Source: Camelus dromedarius
Taxonomy: Eukaryota
Reading direction: 5' to 3'
Assembly: GCF_036321535.1 (NCBI RefSeq)
Contig: NC_087438.1
Location: 11,348,001 to 11,412,000, forward strand
DNA length: 64,000 nt
Shown one piece after another: positions 1-10,478 of the stretch (its first letter is position 1; each line of letters opens with the position of its first letter). A program made the position numbers and the translations under genes. A model generated the notes under the pieces. That model saw only the letters and a program-made list of their open reading frames with translations, did not search any database and was not told the origin of the DNA.

Positions 1-1046
1 ATTTGGCTTAGAGCTATAATTTGCTGCCCCAAAACAATTGTTCTCAACTTTTCTTTTATGGTCTCACCACTGACATGTATCATGGATCACGTTCAGAAAT
101 GTAACACACTCGTACGGCCATGACCAAAGGTGGCCTCAGTTTCCAGCATAGTTGCTGTAACCATACCCTTTTGTCTGACACACAAAAAAGGCTGTATCAT
201 GCACAGACTTCTGTACTGTAGCAGACAAACACATAGCAACAAAATATATATAGCAACAAATGACCCACGTAAGCATCACAAGGGATCATGACCAGCCATT
301 TTGTTGTGACACCAGGATCTCTAAATGTTCCCACTCTTTAGAACAGTCCTCCAAATTTACAGCCTAAAGCCACAATGCACATCTACAAGGGCCTTTCAAA
401 GAAAAAAAAAGAAATTGTAAGGTAGAAGAAGGTTTTTTTGGTTTTTTTTGTTGTTGTTGTTTTGTTTTTTTGTTTGGATGTGCTGGGGATACTGAAATGG
501 AGACCCAGTTATGTGCCAGTTGCTACGTAGTTGCTGACTCCTTCCTGAGTTTTAGACCTGTACATCCACCCACAGGCTAGGTATCTCGGCCTGGATCACC
601 TACAAGTACCTCAAACTGATGCTGTAAAACTGAACTCGTTACTGAGCCCCTACTCCTAATAGTTCTTAAATCTGTCCCCTGTGAGCCTTTCTAATTACTA
701 TTTTCTTGGCCCAGGCTCTCTCACATGACCAGGCTTAAAATGTGCAGTGACTCACCATTTTGACTAGGGTTAAGTCAAGGTTCCCTAACATGGTCTTCAG
801 GGCCCACGTATTGGGACCTGAACCTGCGTCTCCAGCTTCCTTTGTGTATATCCTAGCATCATTCAGTTCCCTGTCATTCTCTGCACATGCCTGTAGTGTT
901 TCTTACCTCCCTCCTTGCTCCTCCTGTCCCCTTTGCAGATAATCCTCCCGGTCCCAGGTCTGGATGCCTTATAGCCACCTCCCATCTTTCTGTGACGTCT
1001 CCCTTCTCCAGAACTCAGTGGCAGAGTTAGGTTTCACTCCCCTGAA

Positions 1047-1255
1047 CCGGTTTCCCCCGCTATGCAAAAGTAGCGTATTCCCATGAAACTTTTTGTAAGT
1101 CAAAATGGCGTAAAGTGAAGAAGAAACAATTACCTTCATTGATAGAGGCAAAAATCCTCTTAGGACTTCTTTGGTTGTGGAAAACAGGCATAATGCAGGT
1201 CTTTGGTAAAAGTGAAGTGGTGCAAAGTGAACTTTTGAAAAGCAGAGGTTACCCG
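1047..1255. mobile_element. TcMar-Tigger-like non-autonomous DNA transposon (MITE)
   Basis: Imperfect terminal inverted repeats CCGGTTTCCCCCGCTAT / AAAAGCAGAGGTTACCCG, with Tigger-like internal 'gcgtaaagtgaag' motifs. Confidence 0.6.
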
Positions 1256-1277
1256 TGTTGCCAACTGAGCCTCAGGC

Positions 1278-2075
1278 TGTCCTAAATGCTTTCAAGGCAG
1301 TATCTTTGCTGTGGCATCTTTGCTGCATACATTTTTTTGCCATGTAACTAATTGGCCATAAGGCAGTTTTGCCATAGAGGATGAACTAATGAGAAACACA
1401 AGAGGGACATTAAAAAGGACATAGTGAAGCAGGAGAAATAAATAACAAAATTTAAAAGACTCTATTGTGAAATATAAATTATTTGAATACATGTGAAATG
1501 TGTGTAGGTTCGTGGCACAAATAACTGATTTTGTTTTGTGGATTTTACCCAAGCATTTGTCTTCCACATATTTCACTCGTTGTATTTTATACTTTCTTGT
1601 TTTTGCTTGTTAATTTGTCTCCTCACTTAGCATCATACTTTTTATTGGTTTCCAAACACTAGGATGCATGTTTGTAACTGAGCTTTATGAAAGCGTTTGC
1701 ACTGCTGTTTGTATCACATTGGTAGATGTTGCAAAGTTCCTTGGGAGATGTGGGTTCAACTCTGCACCTTCAAGGCCCTTGGCCTCTTTCTTCTCCAACG
1801 TGGTGTTTCAAAGAAACCACTCTTGGGCAAAAAGTCATCATCTGTTGGCTCGGTAAAGCCATCATCAATAATGCTGCCAACTGGAAAAAGTGCTAACGCA
1901 TTTTCAACCAGTTGAAACCAAACTGTCAAACCAAAAATTGTCAATCACTTATTTTATTTTTCACAGCGAAATTGCCTTACAGCCAAGTAGTTATGTGGCA
2001 AAAGGTTTGCAGCAAAAATGCCTGCAGCAAACCTGGTCATGGCAGAAGCAACTTATGGTGAAAATTCCAGGCACA
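1278..2075 (-). mobile_element. MULE-MuDR (Mutator-like) DNA transposon fossil with a transposase C-terminal remnant
   Basis: Long imperfect TIRs (~1278-1378 vs ~1963-2075); degenerate 9-bp TSD GCCTCAGGC/GTCTTAAGC; minus-strand translation across frameshifts gives ALALFPVGSIIDDGFTEPTDDDFLP..FFET..VEPTSPKELCNIYQ..TNSSANAF..HPSVWK. Confidence 0.75.
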
Positions 2076-4754
2076 GTCTTAAGCATGTCTGCACCTTCTC
2101 CATTGACCTATAATAGTCTTTTGATGTGTCTGTCTCCCTCACTGCTCACTGAGACACTTGAGAATTGGACTATGTCTCATTATCAATCCTCTGCACAGGA
2201 GTCTTGTCTAACGGAGGCATTCTGTAAACGTTACAGTGTAAGTAACTCTCTGCAGAACTGGCTTACTGACACTGCCTTTATCTTGTCTCCATCATCACGG
2301 GGTGAAGGGACAAAGGTAAGGAACCTTCAGGAACTTACTCTTAAAAGTCTACTTTCAAGTCTCCACTTTCATTCTTACGTACACGTCCATGATTATTTTG
2401 AAATAGAATCATTCCCATTTTAAAGTTGGCTCTCCGTATAATATATTTGTTCTTTCCAAATAGAAAAAGGGATTAGTATTTTTCTATCAGCTTACACTGT
2501 CTTGTACTTAAGTTTTGTGTTTTCTCCACCTTCATCAAACCAAGTGAATGGTAAGGAAGGAACTTGAAGTTTTCTATTTGTTAGACACTAAATGAGGAAA
2601 TTCATTGTGCTGTAAGCACCCACTACATCCTACCGTGACGTGACGGACAGGGCTATCTGAAAAGAGGACAGTTTTCCTCTCAGCAGCCTCGCTTTTCCCT
2701 CTTACACCAGTGATAAACAATTCCACTGTACAAATCCATAGTTCTCATTCAAAAGAGTGTCTTGAATTATTGTGAAACAATTTAACACTTTTTGACTCTA
2801 AGGATAACATCACATAGCACATCACAGAACCAAAACTAAGACTGGGCTCAGACTTGCTAATGTGGCATTTGCGTCTGCTTCCAGGAATCACAGCCCCTCC
2901 AGTTTGCGGAGGGCTTGGATCTGTGGAGCTCTCCTTCTAAACCCCAGAATCATGGTGGATGTTTAGCACATCAGTTGTGAATGTATAGAGCTACTCTAAG
3001 GATAAGGAAAAACTGGGACACCAAAATCAGCAAGCATATATATAAAGAAAAGTTTGCAGAAGGCTCCTTATAATTAAAAAAAAAAGGGAAGCAATTTCCT
3101 AGAGGCTCATTTTCGTTCCTTACTGCTTGCCATTGCTAATTCATTGTTATTTTCAACATTATTCTATTAGTTATATGTACAATGATGAGACTCCAGCATT
3201 AGGCAGCACAAAAGGTAAATATTTGAAGACGAAAGCTGATGCCACTAAGGAAGCATACACACAGATTATATTTAAATACACTGTATGATTGTTCATAAAG
3301 TGACTATGTTTTAATCTAAGAAAGCAATAATGCATGTACTTACGGCAAGAAACTTTGTCACATTCATATGTGTTTCACTACTTTCTGTCCTGTTTGCCTC
3401 AAGAGTGATTGTCCTCTTTTGACCTCTTCAACTTCATAATAATAATATCTAAAGACACACTAGGTTGCGTGGCTTTGGTTAACAAGTACACGGTTTACCC
3501 AGTATCAGAACCAGAACTCTGGTGGTGGTTTTTGTTTTTCCACTGGTGTAGAGGGAATACCTGTATTTAAACTATTGTTATCCTTTCTTTATCCTTTCTT
3601 CATGTGCTTTAATACCCTTCTATTCTAAGGGTAGTGTGAACTCTAAAAGTAAGTACACATCAGTTGCTTAAAGAGGAACATTGTCACAGATTTGCTCATT
3701 CTTAATCCCCAGAATAGAAATATAGTGTAGAACTGCAGTGAAAAGCAAAGACCACCTACATTTAGAATTTTGAATGATAGCAAACTGTGCTCTTCTGAGA
3801 TTGTGCACTCAGTCGTGACAGTACAGGTATGTTGAGTTTCTCCATTCGCGCTGAGCCAGGCAAGGGTCCACGCCACGCTGCATCCCTGCGCGCCGTAGTT
3901 ACGGCCGTGCAAAAGGCGTCAACTGGGGGATGTTGGTATGGGCTAAATATAGAAATGTAAACATACATCAAAGCCCAGAAACGTGGACATTTTGATTCAT
4001 TCGACCCCTATCTCGGGGCAGGCACGGCTCAATTTATCAAAAGAGCAGAGTCAAGATGCGTTGTTTAGGGAAATGCTCCCAGGTATTGATCCAAAATATT
4101 GGCATAATATTTAAGTCCGTTTGCCAAGATCATCAATCATTTTAACTCCATGACCACGCAGGCAGCAGGGCATAGGGCCGAGGCGGCTGCATGGGGAACT
4201 ATGGCCACGCTGCCTGCTGTCTTGCCACATGGCCTCTGGCATGCCACTCACTCTGCTGCCAGCTGCCTCCTCATCGGGGAATGTGGGAAGGCTGCACTTC
4301 CAGGGACTGCCCAGCACTCTGTGTTGGAATTCTCTAAGAAATAATACTGTCCTTATTTAGCTAATTATCACTATTTGAGCATGTATCTTTAACATATCCA
4401 TCTGGAACCTTCAAAGTCGACCCAGTATAGGTATGATGAATGTTCATGTCATGGGCAAGAGAATGCTCCAAAGAAGAAATTTGGCATCACCCAGACGCGA
4501 TGCAGAAATCCCTCATTAATCCATACTGTACTCGTCTGTAGCTCGATCATCTATACTTTTTGTTCTGAAATGTACACGTATCTTCGATGTGAAAGAATGT
4601 TAAGCAAATCAACAATAGCAAATCAACTTTTGAATCCTCCAGGTACCAAACGGTAATGTAACTTTTAAATTTGATGTGACACATTCAAAAGACTTCAAAA
4701 CAAGTGGCTCTACATCAAAATAGTAAAAATCTCTAGTTTTGAAAATATCCCACA

Positions 4755-5045
4755 TCCGGATTGGAGGAGGCTAAGGAGTCATGACAAATAAATATACTGG
4801 GATCCTGGACTGGATCCTGGACAAGGAAAGAACATTAGTAGGGCAATTGACGAAGTTTGAATAAAGGCTCGCAGGTTAGTGAATAACACTGTCTCAGTGT
4901 TGTTTTCCCGGTTTTGATCATCATACTATGGTCATATAATATGTTAACATTTGGAGAAGGGCAGCAAAGGGTGTATGAGACCCAATGGTGCTATTTTTGC
5001 AACTGTTTTGGTAAACCTGAAATCATCTCAAAAGGAAGAGTTAAG
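4755..5045 (+). mobile_element. Old L1 (L1MC/L1MD-like) 3' UTR fragment
   Basis: Typical motifs: ggatcctggactggatcctgga, tgttaacatttggagaag, tatttttgcaact...ctgaaatcatctcaaaa. Confidence 0.7.
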
Positions 5046-5254
5046 AATATTTCATGAATCAGATTTCTCACTGTCCTGTTCATCTTCAAATAAACCAGTT
5101 CAGAGAATTTTTACTATAGTATTGATCTCTGGTTGTAATTTAATAATCCATATGGAATCACACTATTAAACCTGGATGGATTTATTCAGTTTTTTGGTGA
5201 AGGAAGGAAAAAAGCAGCAGTTAACAATTAGTTAACTGAGTGTTAGTTTATTGC

Positions 5255-5745
5255 CAACTTAGTTGCTTCCCAGCATTCCCTCACCTATTCTTTCTTGCCA
5301 CCCAAACCCTGACTTTACTCAGGGCCACGTGTGCCCCGCCTGGGTGACATATCAGCCTCGTCTCTGATCTCCCAATCTCCCTTGCAGCTGGGGTGGCCAC
5401 GTGAGGCAGTTCTGGGCAATAAGATAAAATGAAAGGATGCAGGAAATACTTTGAGGAAAACTTTGCTTTCCTTACAAAAGGAACAAACACACCTGATTCC
5501 TCCCTTTCCTCCCCACTTTTGCCTATCTTGAATACAGCTATGATGTATGGAATTCTGGCAGCCGATTTGTGACTGAAAGGCAGAGCCCAAGAAAACTACA
5601 GAGGTGTCAGTTTATCAAAGTGATAAACCAACCAGCAGCTACCCACCTCTAGACTTTCTGATAAGAGAAAAAAATGAACTCTTATTAAGTTAAGCCAATA
5701 TTGTGGTTTTTGTTATTTGAAACTGAAAATGTTTAATTTATCCAA
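5255..5745 (+). mobile_element. Old MaLR/ERVL-class solo LTR (MLT1/LTR16-like)
   Basis: cttgcagctggggtggccacgtga...ttctgg, ggcagcc, ctctagactt, ttaagcca...ttgttatttg motifs. Confidence 0.6.
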
Positions 5746-5749
5746 AAGT

Positions 5750-5920
5750 TTTATGTGAATGATTTCATTTCATTCATATAAACATCCCTTTGATATGGGT
5801 ATTATTATCATCCTACCCATTATACAGATTGGGAAACTGAAGCTTTTGGAGGTAATTGGAATCCAAGTGTGCCTGGCTCTAAGCCTCCTTCCTTTTCCAC
5901 TACACCACACTGCCTCTACA
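5750..5920 (-). mobile_element. MIR SINE
   Basis: Core attatcatcctacccattatacagattgggaaactgaag. Confidence 0.6.
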
Positions 5921-7264
5921 CAGTTATTTGTACACACTGTGTGGTGGTGAAAATTCTAGATTATGAAACTTGCCCAGAGATACCCAAGTAGTAGGGGTTA
6001 TATCAAGACAAGACTTCAGATTTCCTTAAAGCCTGGCTTTCTATATAGCTCAGCAAAAGCAAGTAAGGCTTACAAAGGAATTTCCCCTTCTCTGATTCAG
6101 TTTTAACATCCCACACTCCTGTGGGACAGTAAGAACTAGCTGTCTTCCCTGTAATTTATAGTTAAGTCTTCTCTGCAACAAAAGCTGTGTTATTCATCCA
6201 AAGTCACATCGAGGGTCATCTCTAGACCTGAGAGGGATACCGGCTTCTTGGCACCTTGTCTGCTCTAATGCATGACATTTGCTTTCACTTTTTAATCGCT
6301 GTGAGCTTTTCCCTAAACAGTACATCTTATTGATACTTTCACTCTTTACTGTGCTGATAAATGTAGCCTCTCCTACCCTGAAATGGGGATCAAATGACTC
6401 CAAAGCAGTGGAGGAACACAGTCCTCAACATTTTTCATTGGACTTTAGTTCATTTTCTTTTTAACCAGAAAATTAATGTCCAGCACATCCTCCTGTGTAT
6501 GTTACTTTATTGGGTACATACTTACTGCATCTGTGCTATGCTGAAGATATGTACAGGAAATCTGAGAGGTGACCATCAATACCGTGGTGTTCATACTGAA
6601 GTCTGGGAGGAGGGCAAATATCAGACCTGCTATAAATGGGAGAAGCTCTGACTGGGAGTTAGGAGATCTGGATAACAAGCCAGCTCTGCTTCTAAAAGGC
6701 TGATTTCTATAGTGATGTTAAGTCAGTACTGAGGATGGGTCTAGGGTCTTATTGTTGAAAAATATTTGCTGCCCCTCCCAGCCGGGCCCTTCTTGGCTCC
6801 AAAACCACAGTTATTTAGGTCAAGGGATGAACTAATTAAAAAAAGAAGTTCTCCATAAATGAACTAAAATTCTCATAAACTGATAAATTATGCATGAAAA
6901 TTACAGGAGTAATATTAGCACACATACTCTGTACTCCTATTTTTCTAGCAGCTTCCACTTCCTCTTCTGTTCCACTTAATGGTGCAAGATAGTTAAACCT
7001 GAAGGAGGTGTTATGTACACAGGTTTACAGGTGGTAGCATCCTTCATACTGCTGGAAGCTGAGCTGTAGAGTATTTGGTGTGTCAATGAGAAAGGGGGCT
7101 GGTGGCTTGTAAGGCTTCTGAATCGTCCTTCAACTTCAATGAAAATTATGTTCCCTTGGCAAGGGAACAAACAAAGCCCTGTCTTTCCAGAGCATGGAAG
7201 ACAAAGAAACTAAAGACGGCTAGTTAAACAAAAAAGCTTTACATACTCTCATCACTGAAAGGCA

Positions 7265-7475
7265 TGATTGAAAAAGCATGGCTTTGGAGTCAGATATTTT
7301 AAAACTCGATCCCCTGCCTCAGCCACTCAAACTATGTCAACTTGGACCAGTTACTCAGACCTCTAAGTCTATTAAAATGAGAATAATACCCTCTTCATGA
7401 TGTGATTGCATGAACTTTTAAAATATTGGCATAGACTATAGCACAGGGCCTAGCCAGACTCAGTAAATGGTTGGG
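7265..7475 (+). mobile_element. MIR SINE
   Basis: ggctttggagtcaga...ttggaccagttactc...taaaatgagaataatacc...gcacagggcc...ctcagtaaatgg. Confidence 0.65.
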
Positions 7476-8140
7476 ATTAGTGGAAGAAAGAGCAAGTTCC
7501 CACCAGTCTTCTGTTCACCACTCCCTTCCCACCCAGAATAGCCTTCATTACTCCTCTTCTTATTTCCACATTGGTTCTTTCCACCTCTGACTTGACATGT
7601 AGTCTTTTAGCACCTCTTCAATTCTCTGAAGACCTCAGTAGTGACTAGGAGCTATGAAAACTGTGTGATCCTCTTTTTCCAAAGTCTAAAATACCTAACA
7701 TAAACAGAATAGAAAGGCCAGATTAATGAAGAATGTTTATATATTTGCACTGCACTCACTTATCCCCACCCAACTTTATTGAATTGGGCCTCAATTTAAA
7801 TATTTTACTTTAAGCACATTTTTCCCCCAAATGTTGGAGAATTTTTAAATAATGAAAGAAATTGCCCGTGGTCTAGAGTGCAGTGTGCTGAGTTCCATCC
7901 TGATTGCCAGTGCTTATTATACAGCAGAGTGGGGGCAGAAAATGAAGCGTGTGGTTTATAAGATTCTCTAAACTCTACTCTACTTGGAAAAAGGGAGTGA
8001 GTAAAGGAGGCACATAGTTAGTGGATGTCACAGTCATTTTAAGGAAATGGACAGAAGAAAGCCCTACCATTCATTCAAATATTCCCATGTTGCTTGATTC
8101 CCTTTCTTCCTCTTTGCACGTGGGTCCTTCTTGTGTATTT

Positions 8141-8566
8141 TGTATTAGGTTTTCATTGCTGCTGTAGCAAATTACTGCAAGCATAATGGCTTTGAGACAT
8201 GCAGGCTTACTGTCTTCCAGATCTGGAGGTCAGAAGTCTAACTCAAGATGCTGGCAGGATTGCGTTCCTCCTGAGGCTTGGAGGGGAGACTCTGTTTCCT
8301 TGATTATTTTTTCAACTTCTAGATACCACCTGCATTCCTTGACTTATGGCCCCTTCCTTAATCTCTCATCACGTCTCCTGCCACTAACTCTGACCCCCTT
8401 GCTTCCCTCTTACAAGGACTGCTGTGGTTTTACTGAGCCCACCCAGATAACCCAGGATAGCATCCTCATCTCAGTATCCGCAATTTAATCTGCACGTTTC
8501 ATTGACCATTTTCTAGGGATTAGGACATGGGGACTTCTCTATGGAGACCGTTATTCATCACACCAC
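8141..8566 (-). mobile_element. MaLR solo LTR (MLT1 family)
   Basis: Starts tgtattaggttttcattgctgctgtagcaaattac; contains ctggaggtcagaagtc and cccacccagataacccaggat. Confidence 0.85.
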
Positions 8567-10457
8567 TTATTCTGACCTAGAAGTGGTTTTTTATTTCAGA
8601 TTTTAGCGTTCTCCTGTGAGTTTCTCTTTCCCAGTTCATCTGGCTGTGGTCCGGGACTTAAGCATATGTTCTCACCTTTGTAAATTTGACCCCTGAGCTT
8701 GGCATGCCCCCACCATAATGCAAGTCCAGATTTCTGTGTTCTGATGTTTTGCCAGCTTTTTCTAGCAGGATGGCACTTTAATCAAATTGTGTTAACCTGG
8801 TCATGGTAGGAATTTTGACAGCCTAAAAACTGAAAACATAGAAATTTAACAGTAAGCCCTGAGCAAGTAACATGAGCAACAGTTTTTCCTTGCCTTCTCT
8901 GATCCTGGTTATTGAGTTTGGAGGTGGTGGCAGGTGACTCTATGGTTGTTGTCCATGGTCCTGAACCACCCTCCGGCTAAGGCTCAGTTCTTTCTCTTGA
9001 CCTCTGGGACATGAGGGACTCCTGTCCAGTTTCTCTATTTCTCCAAGAAATTCTGAATTGGTGAGGAAAGAAGTAGTTAAGGTTATGGAGGGAGCTTAGA
9101 GAGAGACTATTAACATGGACAGATGCTGTTGGACATGCAGACCCCTTGACAGGTTGCCAAGTGGAAAATCAGAGAAGCGTTTTCTGAGATAGTTTTCAAG
9201 TAATTGCAACTACAGAAAAGATAACACAGTTAACCATTACATAAAAATCGAATAACTAAAGAGAAATAGGACAGTTGTGCATAGAACAATGTAAAGGGTG
9301 TACACGTCAACCTTTGGCAAAAAAAAGATGGTAAAAATGTAGTAATTATTAGTTGAATTGCACAAAAATGTTTTTTAAAATATTTTGTTTGTAATTCAAT
9401 GGAAAATACTTCCTTGTGTAATTTATAAAGTGTATTTCTTGTATCATGTGCTTTGACAGCTCCAGCATTTTTCTGAAATGTACTCTGCATCTCTCCCAGT
9501 CATTATCACACACCATGGTGGTGAATGTGCCATTCCATGAATTTCTCCCCCTCCTCACCCCTACCCCATCAAACACAAGCTATATTTTTGATCCTTTACC
9601 TTATCTGTGATATTCATTTATGCATTGGCTCCTCATCTTTCAAACCTCCATTCTTTAAGGATGGGATGGAATGGGAATCAGGAATAGATTTTGGGTGCTG
9701 ATTGTCTGTGAGTCATGTTATTCTGTAGGGAACTCTATGGATTTCACATAAGCAGTGCTCACACATTTGTTTCAGCTAATTCAGAACTTCAGCAAGATGC
9801 AGACTGGAAATTGGGCCAGGCATGTCTGTTGCACACACTTTGTGATAATTAAGAACAACAATAGCAGTCTTAAATATGGTGATAAAGCCAAAGCAGCCCC
9901 ATTGCAATTGTGTTATCAAAACATCCTTTTTGTTCTTCCACACTCCATTCATCATCGATGTTTACTTGGACATACCAGAGATTCTCGACAGACAGGTACA
10001 ACAATACTCTCATTATGTAACTTTCCACCTGAAACTGCTTGGTTTTTAACTTAGTAAAGCTTAAAACAGATTTCTGTTTTTATCATTTCTCAGGATTAAA
10101 AGTAGACACCTACAACATATTTTGAGTTTCCTTAATGCAAAACTTGAGCCACTGGTTTTTGTCCTTTTATTTAATGATATTAAGAAGAAGAAGGAGAAGG
10201 AGAACAGGGGTGATAAATGAATAAATAAATCTAATTCCAGAACCCTTTGTTACATGAAACGTTACAGGAAGCAGCCGGGGTAGATACCTGCCAACACTTG
10301 GGTTAATAAGTTTTGAGTGTACTACTCAAAATTAGCATCATACAGAAAAGTGTAGTAGGTTTTATCCTAATTGCTGTTACCCCTCAAGTCCCCTTTTGCT
10401 TAGGGCACACCCCATTTTATAGCTAGTTAATAAAGAAGACTATGGTTGAAAATTCGT

Positions 10458-10478
10458 GTTGCCATGGAAACAACCAAT
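10458..10478. promoter_or_regulatory. RFX X-box motif with adjacent CCAAT
   Basis: GTTGCCATGGAAAC at 10458-10471 and CCAAT at 10474-10478; motif match only. Confidence 0.45.

Larger units (their letters stand above)
540..2240 (+). mobile_element. Degenerate L2 LINE 3' region, interrupted by two DNA transposons
   Basis: Pyrimidine-rich L2-like text at ~540-1040; L2 3'-end-like text resumes at ~2085-2240 (tgtgtctgtctccctcactg...ggaggcattctgtaaacg). Confidence 0.5.

Noticed and set aside
1890..2423. 177-aa plus-strand ORF
   Set aside because: Runs through the MULE TIR and L2 sequence, has a non-ATG start, and shows no protein-like features.
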